64,000 bases of DNA from Podarcis erhardii (GCA_964252035.1 OZ176209.1), one strand, 5' to 3'; counted from the first letter of the stretch, positions 38,520 through 50,294 are shown. Translations and numbers: made by a program. The notes: generated by a model from the sequence alone, not told the origin.

Positions 38520-38995
38520 GAATCCCCTGTCAAGAAAGACTGCAGCATTTGTGACTTTTTAGTTCAGAGAAAAAAGCAAGCAAGAGGCAACATGAATGAA
38601 GTTTATAAAATTATGCTTGGTATGAAGAAAGCGACTAGAGAAAAGCTTTTGTCCCTCTTCCATAACACTAGAAATTGTGGAAATCCAACAAAGTTGAATG
38701 TTAGAAGATTCAGGAGAAATAAAAGCAACTACGTCTTCCTGCAGCGTCTAGTCAAACTATTGAATTCACTCCCCTAGAAGGCAGCAATGGCCACCAACTT
38801 TGATGGCATTAAAATTTGTGGACTATCAATGGCTACTAGCCACACTTGCTTGCTCTACCTCCACAGTTGGCAGCAACAATGCTACCAAATACCAGTTGCT
38901 GGAAACCATGGGGCAGGAGCATGCTTCTATGGTCTTATTTTGCGCAGTGGTTTCCCACAGGCATCTGGTTAGCCACTGTGAGAACAGGTTGTGAG
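38520..38995 (+). mobile_element. CR1 3' fragment, antisense to NTS in intron 2
   Basis: EVYKIM...LFHNTR..G.P.KL...RF...K..Y.F.QR.VKL.NSLP is the CR1 ORF2 C-terminus, followed by 3' UTR. Confidence 0.8.
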
Positions 38996-41049
38996 TCGAA
39001 GACCTGCCACCCACATAGGATTATAATAAGAAACAAAAACACATTATTTTTGGTTAATGGGCAAAATAAGGCCACAACTTTATTGGTTACAGCATGTGAA
39101 TAGTATTGGCTTAGGCATTGGATAAAACAGCAATACATGACTTCACCCCACTCAGCAGGGAGTCATTTCAGGGTTAACAACCAGTGGGAGGAGCTTGTTG
39201 ATGCAAATACAACTGGAAGCTTCCCTGTGACGTCACTGGGGGTCGTGCCATGGCCCTAGCCACCAGCAGGGCATCTGACAGGATCCACGACCGCCGGATT
39301 CCTTTAACGGAATACCCAAAAGAGGAGGGGTAGATGATGGGCATGCCCAATCCTCCAACACAGTACACATATTCCAATGCCTTACCGCCAATACCAGAAA
39401 GTTGTGAAAAGTTGCTATGAGATAGGTGAAAAAACCAAGAGGCTGGTGCCAATTTGCCAAATGGATAAAAAAAGTCCTACCGGGTCCCTTGGGCAACCAA
39501 GGCAACCAACCGAAGTCCATAGCAAGGTCAATACACAGAGGAAACTGTCCTAAAGGGAAGGAGGGCGGGAGATGCATGCAGGAATAGACTGGGGACCGAG
39601 CGCTGCCGCGGTTACTTAAATGCAGCTAACCCCACCCACCAGCCAGCCTTATTGGCCCTATTTGCCCTTGGTCACGGCAGTGGGGCAAATCAGAAGCAGG
39701 GAGCCGAATACACCTCCCTGCTGCTGCAGGAAGCTGCTCCCACTCACAACCCCTCCCCTATGGGAAGAGGAGAGGCCTTGCAGGATCATTGTCTTGATCC
39801 AGCAGGCTATTCTTATGGGTTTACTGCCCTCCAGATTACTGGTCTAGAACTCCTATTGTCCTTGATCCTTGGACCTTCTTTCTATGGCTGATAGGAGTTG
39901 GAGCCCAACAACATCTGGAGGGACAAGCAGGCTCCCCATGAAAATGAATGAATGAAAAATAATGGTCCCTCCAGAAAGTTACTATTTTGTGGGAGGGATT
40001 CATGGGCATACCAGAGATTTAGCCTTGCTCAATTGAAGTGGATTGAATGGGCTATGTTACTCAACAAAACCTTTTTTTAAAAAATAACCAAACCAAAAAT
40101 GAACTGCACTGGACAGTGTGTGATGAATTAATGATTAATGAAAAGACATATGAACACCCCACACACAAAGCAGGATGAAAGCTCTGAATGGAAGACCATA
40201 AATTAACCTCTGCATATGCTTTGCACTAGCAAACTGGGATGAATGCTCAATAAACACATCATCTGGAGAAGCCCTAAAGAGAATCAGAGTGTGAAGTTTT
40301 CAAGAGTTGTGGAGCAATTTGCTGAAATGCAGAAGATGCATGTAAGAGATCTGGCTTTCAAAACAAAAGAAAAAGCCTGTCCAGGGAATCGTTTCATCAC
40401 AGGAGAACACTAATTTAAAAAGAGGAAAAAAGAAAAAGAAATAAAACATTCATGAAAGTGCACGCACCCTGCCAGAAATAAATGTAACATTTCTGAATTA
40501 TTTTTTTAAAATGTTCAAAATTGAGACAGCATGGCAGCTGGACTTTGTTGCTCAATTCTGAGGTTTGTAGCACTCAGTTTTCTTTCATGTTTATTTCTCT
40601 TCATCCCTTTATGCTGTTCAGTTTAAGGCCATTGGATGGGTTGTGAACCTAGCCATGATAATTCATCCCAAAGGATATCACACAAACCAGAAGAAAAGGT
40701 TTGCCTCATTAATGCCATCCTCTGTTATGCTTTACCAATGTGCTATCCATGTATTTTATCAGAATAAAAGAGGGTGGGGAAAGATTATTAGATGATTGCT
40801 ATTTCAGACAGCTGTTGGTAGATTGTTAGATCCGTAGCTGCCAAAGTGCCAGAGTTCAGCCCACCATCATTTATGTTCAACAGGCTTTGGAGAGTTTGGT
40901 CTTCAAAAACCTGTTTGAGGTGACAGTAGGTGGTGGTGGCCCAGGGAAGGAAAAAGCATGTACATCAGAAGTAATGATGTATTTGTCATTCCACTTTCAA
41001 TATCTAAATTTAAAAGTGCCAGCAATTCCCTTTGTTATAAATCCGAAAG

Positions 41050-41200
41050 GGGGTTAGCTGAGTTAGTCTGCTGTAGCAAATGCACACAAGAAGTCATGAG
41101 TCACCTTGAAGACTAAGCTTAATGACTAGAGCCCATGGAAGTTTATGCCACAATAAATCTGTTTGTCTTTATGGGTCCACACAACTTCAGTTTGCATTTG
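41050..41200. mobile_element. Degraded Penelope-like terminal fragments in both orientations (NTS intron 2)
   Basis: gttagtctgctgtagc...gtcaccttgaagactaa followed by cccatggaagtttatgccacaataaatctgtttgtcttt, resembling decayed PLE termini. Confidence 0.5.
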
Positions 41201-41658
41201 CATCTCTTTTTGTTGAAACCAATTTGCTCATTTTTGTATCAGATAGGTTCTTTGGTTGTCTCCCCCACCCCCTTCCCCACATAAAAATATTCATGTTTTC
41301 TTTATGTTTTATACTTTTCCCTGGCAATTTAGGGCAGCTGCTAATGCCTCAGCAACCATGTATAACTGAGCTGGGGAGCCTGTGTCCTCCAACTAATGTC
41401 AATCACAACCAGCATTGCCAATAATAAGACATGATGGGAGTTCTAGTCTAAAAACATTTGGAGGACCACAGGCTCCCATCTCCTATGCTTCACTTCAGTG
41501 TGAAGACTAGGTGAGAGTGTATATTGCCTTTTGATGCCTTTGATCATGTCTTAAAGTAAGGCTTAGTCTAAATTTTCCTCCAAGGTATCACCCAGTTTAA
41601 TCAAGAAAAAGCATTTTGTTGAGGCATCATCCTAACAAAACACAACCCTGTGGCTTGT

Positions 41659-41660
<2 letters not shown>

Positions 41661-41745
<85 letters not shown>
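41661..41745. repeat. Compound (GT)n(GA)n microsatellite, NTS intron 2
   Basis: Direct reading. Confidence 0.97.
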
Positions 41746-41748
<3 letters not shown>

Positions 41749-42669
41749 CTCCCCCCCCAATTATATTAGAGAACTCTTTTACAGCAATTAGTAATAGCAG
41801 CACAAATGCTATTTCTACCAATGCCACAAGACTGCAATCATCTGATCCAGCAAATACAAAGGTCCTGATCATTATGGATTTCAGGTGAAAGACTTGGAAA
41901 ATGGTAATACTGACTATAGCTTGCCAAAATTTAGATTAAAATTTAGATTAAGTTTTCTTTCAGTGTGGGGGGATAACCATTTGTGTCTCAAGGATCCTGC
42001 TCTTAACCTGTGCAATAAATCTTTTGATGGCAAAGCATTAACTATTCACTTACATTAAGGAGGTATTACTTGGGTACCCTTTCTTTGGCTACCCGCCTGT
42101 CAAACCATATGTTCCACATTTTGATATGTCACCTGTGGGATCCTGAGGCCATCCATTTGAGACCAAACATGGATACAATATCCTCAAAATAAAGGAACCA
42201 TCATTCATTGATTTCATACCATGGAAGTAATTTTTCTATCAATTTGAGGTTCACTAAAAATATGTTGCTACATGGATAAAACTAGCAGTTCTTGGAATGG
42301 ATTTTCACTGGCTTGATATGCTAGTTGCACACCTTTTAAAAAGTTATATCATTATTTGATTTTATGTTACCTTAACTTTCATCAGGTATATTCTGACCAG
42401 GAATATATCTTCCTCAAATAAATGTACTTCAGGCCATAATTCCATGCTGGCTGTTCCGTAAATGTATCAACAGTTCAGCTGAGAAAACATCAATTTTTCA
42501 CTATCCCTTCACCCATAGATTTTGGTTTTCTGCTGTCTTTGAAATTGAAGATAATTTTTGCACAATACCTTGTATAAAATATTGTAAAACTGTGGTTTTA
42601 TGATTGTGTGCTAAAACAAATATGTTTGAGAATTCATGCATTCTGTGGCAAAAAGGGGAAAAACATTAC

Positions 42670-42731
42670 CTTTGATGTATACATATTGGTCAATAAATCA
42701 GCTTCTAAGGCTTTCATTTCCTCTTCTGAAT
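42670..42731 (-). CDS. NTS: NTS exon 2, 62 nt
   Basis: Acceptor ctcacag|, donor |gtaatg. Translates (D)SEEEMKALEADLLTNMYTSK, near-identical to the recalled mammalian exon 2 peptide. Confidence 0.97.
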
Positions 42732-44100
42732 CTGTGAGTTAATCAGAAACATATGTTTGCTATTTCATTATAAATCACTAGCATTTGGGTTTCAACACAT
42801 AGGATTTAGGAATATCCTTTAAAGGGATTTTAGGGTTAAGCACTGGCTAAAATAAATGCTTGGCAAGTGGTTTGTTCTTTAATACACATTCCCTGATTTA
42901 TGCAGTCTCTCTTTCTGGAAAAGTGCAGCTCAGTCATGAAAGCAGCTTATTATTGGTCCACTGCAACCTTTTAGGGCTCCACCACCATTTTAGGGCTCAG
43001 AACCCATTGATTCTTTGGGATGGGGGGCTAGGTTTAATGACTTAATTATTTTAAGTTCCTACTACATTTACCCAGAGGCACATCCTGAAAATATTTAAAT
43101 CCAAGAGGTCAAATAGCGTTGAACCTCTTTTTGGCAGCACGGACACTTTTCACAGTAAACATTCCATATTCAGTGAGTTTGTATGTATGGATCCATGTGT
43201 CTAAAACAGTAAGAGATTTATGGTTCCAATGGGGTTTAGAGTTTTCTGCTAACATAGGTGACCCCTATACTAGCATGCTAGCAAGTCTTAAAGTTCTTTC
43301 CCCCCTTTTTCCTCAAGGGAAGGATAAGTCTGGAGGGCCAATCCATGAATAAGAAGTAATTTATTTCAACACTGAATTGCAGGGGGAAATTTATTGCATT
43401 CCAAGAGAGGAAGGAGAAGAGCAACTAAGTTCATTTGGCCCCAATGCAGCTATGGTTTGCTGTGGCTAAGGCTGCAACCCTATGCACAATTATTGAGATT
43501 GAGTTTCATTGAAAGTACTGGGACTTCTCTCTAAATAAGTATGAATAAGATCAAGATCACTGTGCCATTGATAGCAATAAAATTTAATCATTAACTGTTT
43601 TAAGTCATAACTAGGATTGGGGGCAAAGATATACAAACATGTACGAAGATACTTAAGGGGTATTATGTTGCCACAGGGTTTTTCCAAGGGCACAAGTAGC
43701 TGAAAACAACAATGCAATGGACTTATTAAAACTAATGACTTGGTTGGAACCACCCAATAATGCTCATAGTGATTTAACCTAGTAAAATTTAAACAGAATA
43801 ATCTGTTGATCATATCTATTACAGTATTAAGTTCACACGATGAACACAGTATCTTTGGAATAGTGTTCTTAATAGGTCTATGGTATAAATTATAAGTGGC
43901 AGACAGATGCCAACTTATAGGTGCAAGCCACATCTGCTTAAAATCAACATTTTTTTCATCATCTCTAATGGAGCTAGATTGCAATACAAATCATATGAGA
44001 AACGATATTGCTGAAAGAATGCTGCCCAAAATAGGCAGTTATATTGTAGTGAAGGAATCTGGACAACTTGGTGTATAATAACAAAGAACATTGGGGTAGG

Positions 44101-44336
44101 GAGGAGAAGAAGAAGAGGAGGAGGAGGAGGAGGAGGAGTTTGGATTTGATATCCTGCTTTATCATTAACCTAAGGAGTCTCAAAGCGGCTAACAATCTCC
44201 TTTCTCTTCCTCCACAACAACAAACACTCTGTGAGGTGAGTGAGGCTGAGAGACTTCAGAGAAGTGTGACTAGCCCAAGGTCACAGCTGCATGTGGAGGA
44301 GCAGGGACGCGAACCCAGTTCACCAGATTACAAGTC
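44101..44336 (-). mobile_element. MIR/Ther1-derived squamate SINE (Squam3-like), 5'-truncated, with (CTC)/(CTT)n tail
   Basis: Minus strand B-box region CTGGGTTCGCGTCCC, core gtgaccttgggctagtcac, end agccgctttgagactcc...aaagcaggatatc. Confidence 0.7.
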
Positions 44337-44362
44337 AGCGTATGTAACCTGAGGTACCACTG
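44337..44362. mobile_element. Isolated end of a Tigger-like MITE
   Basis: agcgtatgtaacctgaggtaccactg-TA, fused directly to a 5'-truncated SINE. Confidence 0.7.
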
Positions 44363-46342
44363 TATATCTCCAGAATAAGTGAAGACAACTCAGGGATGTG
44401 CACATTAGAATAATGATGCTAATGACAATTGAAAATTATAGTTACACTTGAGAACTGCCACTATAATCTGTATGAAAAGCATCCTGTTTCAATTCCACAA
44501 GCAGATTTTGAAACTTAGAGTCACCTTCAACCTCATGTCATACTTGGCATATCATGTCCTAAGGGTTAAAGAGATGAATGGTAGTAGTATTTGCTACCCT
44601 CCTGTGTTCCACTTCATTTATTGTCCAGTTCTAACTATAAATACGTAAATCTAAGTATTCAGATTAAAAGCTCAGTGAGTTCAATGGCAATCATTCAATG
44701 TTCTATGGACTGTCTATGGATATCACTGGTATGATTCTGTCAAACTTAAGGCACTGCACTAGTTTTAATGAAAGCTTTTTGGCAATTGCTTGCACTTCCC
44801 ATTGGAATCCAGTGGGATGTAAAAGTACTTATCACTAGATTGTGCTTGAGATGATCAAGTACAAGGAATAGCAATGTTCTCAAATTGAAATATGGAATAT
44901 TTGCATAAGTGTTCCCTTGGCTTTATAATAACAGCGGATTGCAATAGAACATTTGCAAAAGAGAAGTGCTGTGCCATTGCAGAAAACAGCTCCTGCTGTT
45001 TTAAGTAGATCTAAATACCACTTTTCTTAAAACAACTTTCTTAACACTTAACAGCACAATTGGTAACAGAGAATTTATTTTTAAAAATAAAAAAGTTGAG
45101 AAAGCTCTGTTTCTGACACTGGGATGAGAACAGTTTATATCAAAGTATCCATGTTATCAACTGGGCTATTTTAGTACCCAATATCTGTAAAGCCCTTAAA
45201 CAATGGTTTGTGTACTTTTGACATTTCTTCTGGTAGGAAAATGCAATATACTGACAAAAAGGGAGATAAAAACTGATTTTAAAAAGGGAGAGAGCTGTTA
45301 GGTGCTCCCCTGAACACTGTTTTTGAAAGTAAGATTCATCGGGTTCAGCATGACACAAAAATTGAAGTGTTGTTTAACTTTAAACCTCACTGATTTAAAA
45401 AAAGAATTTCTTTATTGTAACATTGTAACTGCACTGGATTCTGGGTTGCTACTTCACTAATCCACATAAAGATACAAAGGTTTAAGGCATATGCATTTTA
45501 AATGAGATTGGGAATACTTTTGCTCTAGTCTTGAACCATGTATCATAGAGTTTTGAACTCTGCATGAAGCAGCTGAATACTAAATACATCTTTACTCCAT
45601 GAAATATTTCATGAATAGTCATGAAACACGTGTACATTTGATTTGAACTTGGTTTACCCTAGTTTATGTCTCTCTGTGTATCATAGCAATATCAGACTAT
45701 TTTGCATTATGCACACTGCAGCTTTTTTCATTATGGGAAATGATATTCCAAAGTACAAGTTATTAAAAGATAAGTCTTGGAAGGTGAGGAGATCTGATTT
45801 AAAGCAGTATATTTGCATTAAATATCCCTGTTTTCTTTATTTCTTTATGGTGATCTGCTGCTACATTTACTTAAACCTGCATTTTCATTGAGAAAAGTTA
45901 TTTCTGATCCTTTAAATTTATGTGAAATCAACCATGTCATTGATGAGTTTCAGCTGTGGACAGACTGGAAAGATGCAGTTTGCCCTTTCAGGAAATCTTG
46001 CCCAAAGTTTCAGAAAGAACCTTCTCTTTTACCTTGCAGCCATTCCTCACCTTATGAGCCAAATCAAGTAACCATACATTCTTATCCCATTCAGGGTGCT
46101 TTCAGATAGGAGTTGATTATGGATGGGTGTGCCCTCGGTATGCATGCTTTTCACAGCATCCATAAGATGTCAAGGCATCAAAATGCCAGTCCATTTCGAC
46201 CTCCACCTCACTTAATCAGGATTTGCTTTTTATGGGGAAAATGCAGGGAACTCAGTTCTGGCACCTCTCAGGTGGGCGCCATTGCCATTCTAAGAGAACG
46301 AGGGAGGTTTTCATAGTGAACCTCTTTTTCAAGAAAAATAGC

Positions 46343-46344
<2 letters not shown>

Positions 46345-46379
<35 letters not shown>
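46345..46379. repeat. (TG)n microsatellite, NTS intron 1
   Basis: Direct reading. Confidence 0.95.
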
Positions 46380-46381
<2 letters not shown>

Positions 46382-47213
46382 ACACACATATATGTGCACC
46401 ACCTATTGACAACAACCCTTTTATATTTGAACAACAATATTAAGTGCCCATATGAAAGCACCCTCGCTCTCACAACAACCTATGAGATAGATTACTTTCC
46501 TCTTTGTATTTTACCAAAAAAGAACTGAATTACAGGTTTAAAAAGTGACTTGCCCTAAAACTAGCCAGCAAACGTACAGTAGACCTGAGGACCAGAGCCG
46601 AGTTGCCTGTCTTCAAAATGGATCTACTGTTTGTTTCACATTAAAGGGTCTTATTTCACATTTTGTTTCACATTAAAGGGTCTTTTTTTGATCTAGAATC
46701 ACCTTCTTTCTCCATGCGTAGGACTGAGCGCACCGCTAGCCTATCGAAGCCTGGATTAAGCCATAGGAATTTTTCATTCGGTTTCAGGTGTGGTTCATCA
46801 GTTTTCAGAGTCCTAGAACGAATCGTCCTCGATGTGGCCAACTGTATCAAGATAGCTTATAGTGAACTATTTTGGTACATTTGGTCCGGTTTTTTTAGCA
46901 GATGCAGAGGGGAGAAGCGTGCGCGCGTTGGCAATCACACGCACACGCTCCCTTGAAAGTTGTGTGTTAGTCTTGCGCGCACACGCACACTGCAATAAAT
47001 ATCCGAGTTTAGACGCCTCCTGAGAGCGGCTCCACCACAGCATCCGCCCTGCTGAGCGCCCAATCTTTGAAACTGACTCCCCTGCATGCGGCTCTCCCAG
47101 CTTAGCATAAAATCGCCCTGCGTCCTCCTCCTCGCCAGAGAGGGAGGCAAGCCCGAAAAGAGGCGCCCCTTGCCGCTCGCCCTGCGGAGAGAGGCTGCAG
47201 TAACGGGACTTAC

Positions 47214-47283
47214 CTGAGCACAGGCTCCAGGAGGCGAGCGCCAGGAGCATCGCGCACACGAGCTGCATCCTCAGTTTTGCCAT
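47214..47283 (-). CDS. NTS: NTS exon 1 coding part (signal peptide), 70 nt
   Basis: ATG at 47283. Translates MAKLRMQLVCAMLLALASWSLCS plus G of a split codon, then donor gtaagt (47213-47208). Resembles the mammalian NT/N signal peptide (QLVC..L..SWSLCS). Confidence 0.95.
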
Positions 47284-47499
47284 GTTTCTTTCCCTCTAGA
47301 AAGTAAAGTCCGTACAAAGAAAGGACAAGCTGTGTGAGCGAGAGAGGGAGACACACACGCGGAGAGAGGAAGGGAAACGCACGGAAAAGAGAGAGAGAGG
47401 GAGAGAGGGAGAGAGTTGAGAGGTCTTCGGCTTTCCTACTGCCTTGAGCTGATTTCAGAAGGTCTGGACCATAAAGGGAGCTCTGGGTCATTCCCTAAG

Positions 47500-47524
47500 T
47501 ATATAAGCGAGGGGGCTGATGTCA
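47500..47524 (-). promoter_or_regulatory. NTS: NTS core promoter: TATA box and proximal CRE/AP-1-like element TGACATCA
   Basis: Minus strand reads TTTATGACATCAGCCCCCTCGCTTATATAC: TGACATCA at 47524-47517 and TTATATA at 47506-47500. The same element sits just upstream of TATA in the mammalian NT/N promoter. Predicted TSS is about 47470-47475. Confidence 0.8.
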
Positions 47525-47809
47525 TAAACGCATAACAGCCACTGTCTTTTAATGAAACACCCACCCACCCACCCACTCGCCCGCTCCTCCTTCCTCGCCT
47601 CCCTCCCCTTCTCCGGAGTGAAACTGACGCGCTTCGTTAATTGCGCTCCGCGCTTCTTGACGCAGAGAGAGGGAGAGGGACACCGGGAGGCATCGGGCGA
47701 TAAGAGGAAAAACAATAACAAGAAAGTCGAACTGTGATGCATATGTCCTATGCGACTTAGACGATATAAGTAGTGACACAGTTATCCGGTAGGTATGATG
47801 TACCAGCAT

Positions 47810-47812
<3 letters not shown>

Positions 47813-47860
<48 letters not shown>
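47813..47860. repeat. (TAA)n microsatellite about 340 bp upstream of the predicted NTS TSS
   Basis: Direct reading. Confidence 0.95.
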
Positions 47861-47863
<3 letters not shown>

Positions 47864-47894
47864 TTGTGCAGCATTGGGAATTGGATCATTGAAC

Positions 47895-48073
47895 CTAAGA
47901 ACATGAGGAGAGCCTCCTGGATCAGGCCAATGGCCCTTCTAGTCCAGCAAACTGTTCCCACAGTGGCTGGCCAGTTGCCTGTGGGGATCCCTCAAGAAAA
48001 ACCTGAACACAAGAGCACTCTTCCCCTCTGCTGATTGCCAGCAACTGATATTCTGAAGCACTGCTGCCATTAA

Positions 48074-48112
<39 letters not shown>

Positions 48113-48215
48113 TACTATTATTTTAAATGTTTATCCCCACAGGCAACTGGCTGACCACTGTGTGAACAGGATGCTGGACTAGATGGGCCATTGGCCTGAT
48201 CCAGCAGGTTCTTCT
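47895..48215. repeat. Two CR1-type 3' UTR fragments in inverted orientation around a (TG)n tract
   Basis: Arms 47913-47988 and 48133-48208 (76 bp each, roughly 90% complementary by eye); (TG)n at 48075-48109. Confidence 0.85.
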
Positions 48216-48384
48216 GGATCAATGGCCCAGTCGCCAATGAGGTGCAATAATATTTAAATGTATCTCATCAAAGATTCCAAGATGGATACACTGATAATGT
48301 ATTCAAAATGTTATCATTTTACGTATTTGATGGAGGGGAACAAGAATACAATCGACATATTGCAGTCGTTAACGGTCGTCAACT

Positions 48385-48575
48385 GGTTTACCACACCTAT
48401 CAGCTAATCACCCATTCCCACCACCCTTCTGAGTAATACCCCTCCCCACCCTCCCACTATATATAAGGGTCTGGTGACTTCTGTTTCAGTGTATCTGAAG
48501 AAGTGTGCATGCACATGAAAGCTCATACCAAGAACAAACTTAGCTGGTCTCTAAGGTGCTACTGGAAGGAATTTT
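48385..48575 (+). mobile_element. Penelope-like element terminal (pLTR) fragment
   Basis: Contains ctatatataaggg, the hammerhead motif and the tail gaaagctcatacc...ttagctggtctctaaggtgctac typical of reptile PLE termini. The 5' boundary is approximate. Confidence 0.75.
48491..48528 (+). ncRNA. Minimal type I hammerhead ribozyme motif of Penelope-like element type
   Basis: GTAT-CTGAAGA-A-GTGTG-CATG-CACAT-GAAA-GCTC-ATAC: core CUGANGA and GAAA, 5-bp stem II with a terminal G-U, palindromic AGCU helix III, CUC cleavage triplet, GTAT/ATAC stem I. Confidence 0.7.
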
Positions 48576-49955
48576 TTTATTATTTTGTTTCAATATGTGG
48601 TCCACTTAACTTTACATGTCTATCCAGAAGAAACCCCAGTAAGTTGAAGGGGGTCTATTCACAAGCAAGTATGCATAGGACTGCACCCTTGCTGATATAT
48701 AATAAATAAAAAAAAATGGTTTACAAACATGTATGTGACTTTGTTTCTTTCAACATCAGTTGCACATCAAAATATGCAAACTTCATACTTCAGGAGGGAA
48801 AAAATAATCAAAAACTAAGCTTGTAAAGAATTGTTGAATGATTTAATATGAACATTGCACAGGATATTATTAGGTAGACCCAGAAGATGAATCAAATGAA
48901 CATACACTTGGCCATGGTTAGCATAATAAGTCAAGTTTATTCATCTATCTACCTTTCTACCATTAGGGGGCATAGTGGAAGTATGAGAAAAACTCTAACC
49001 TCCATGTGGTCAAAATACACTTTGCTCCATTGAGCTTATTGTACAAACCAACACGACAAGTGGTGACTTCAGTGTGTGGTAGATCATTGACTGTGTAAGG
49101 CATGCTTGTGAAACATTTCTCAGGTTTGTTTGCATTTTCTGCCGTAACTTACCTGGCTTGGAGTGCATGCTGCAATGGACATGATCACTCAGCAAGAAAT
49201 GAAACATGGATTTCATTAATGGTGAAGATGAGGATAAACAGGTATAGGAAAAGAACACGATGACATAGCCTGAAATCTGAGTCATGCATACTCAGAAGCA
49301 AGTCCCATTATATTCAACCGGGCTTACTCCAAGGTAAGTGTGGCTAGAATTACAGCCTAAAACTTGAATAAAATATTGATTTCAAATGTAATTCCTCCAT
49401 CACCACCCCACCCTCAAGACTCTACTTCCTGAAGACAGGACAGAGATTTGGGAAGTTTGCACCATCCATTTAAAGAACATCTTAAAAATATTTCCTAAGA
49501 AACCTGGGAACTGTAATTTCTTAAAGGTGTTTCAAATCTAAGCTCTGAAAGGGGAAATCTACAGTTTCCATAATTTTTAAAGAGGGGTGTTTTGAATGCA
49601 TGGTGTATACACAGTCTTAGAGTGCAATTCTCTGCATGTCTATTCAGAAGGAAGCCCCATTTTACTCTCAGATTGCAGCCAGGCCTAAGGGTATTGTAGA
49701 GAAGCATGCTGTGAGAGAGACCTGCTTACTCTTAACATCAGGAAACACACCCCTTCAAGCAGTTTTATTTTCCTTTTGGAAGGTAGTCGTTTTGCTGCTA
49801 AGTAGATAATGTTCTTTTCAAAAAAGGCAAAAAGAAAGTAGGCAGTCGTGACAAAACATTGCAGAAAGAAAAGTCATTTTCTGGCATGGGGTGTAGAGTT
49901 GGATATCATCAGCTGGCAATGCCAGCTGGGTGCAAGATGAACACACAAACGGGGC

Positions 49956-49959
<4 letters not shown>

Positions 49960-49992
<33 letters not shown>
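49960..49992. repeat. (AC)n microsatellite; others at about 22985-23012 and 23747-23775
   Basis: Direct reading. Confidence 0.95.
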
Positions 49993-49993
<1 letters not shown>

Positions 49994-50010
49994 CTTGACA
50001 GTGCATATGA

Positions 50011-50294
50011 CAGACCCTCCAAGTGTCCCTATTTTCCAGGGACAGTCCCAGATTTACAGAAGCCATCCTGGTTTCTGATTTGATCCTGGAATGTCCCGCT
50101 TTTCCTTAGGATGTCCCTGTTTTCATTGGAGAAATGTTGGAGGGTATGGAGTTATCCACCACCCAAGCCATCTGAAGGCAGCCCTGTATAGGGAATTTAT
50201 TTTTTTTTATGTTTAATGTCTTGTTATGTTTATATATATATTGGAAGCTGCCCAGAGTGGCTGGGGCAACCAAGTTAGATGGGCAGGGTCTAAA

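Larger units (their letters stand above)
46900..47720. promoter_or_regulatory. CpG-rich island over the NTS promoter, exon 1 and the start of intron 1
   Basis: CG dinucleotides and GCGC runs are visibly dense compared with AT-rich flanks; two TGACG half-CRE motifs occur near 47624 and 47658. Boundaries are approximate. Confidence 0.75.

Noticed and set aside
43490-43984. 164-aa ORF in NTS intron 1
   Set aside because: It has no recognisable domain, no splice context and the composition of AT-rich intron DNA; probably a chance ORF.
46867-47283. The 138-aa ORF starting at the NTS ATG
   Set aside because: Only the first 70 nt are exonic; the rest is read-through of a canonical gtaagt donor into the GC-rich intron.
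47210-47491. Upstream ATG ORF (MTQSS...) overlapping NTS exon 1
   Set aside because: Its ATG lies between the TATA box and the predicted TSS, so it is unlikely to be in the mRNA. The ATG at 47472 is at the cap site and opens only MVQTF*.
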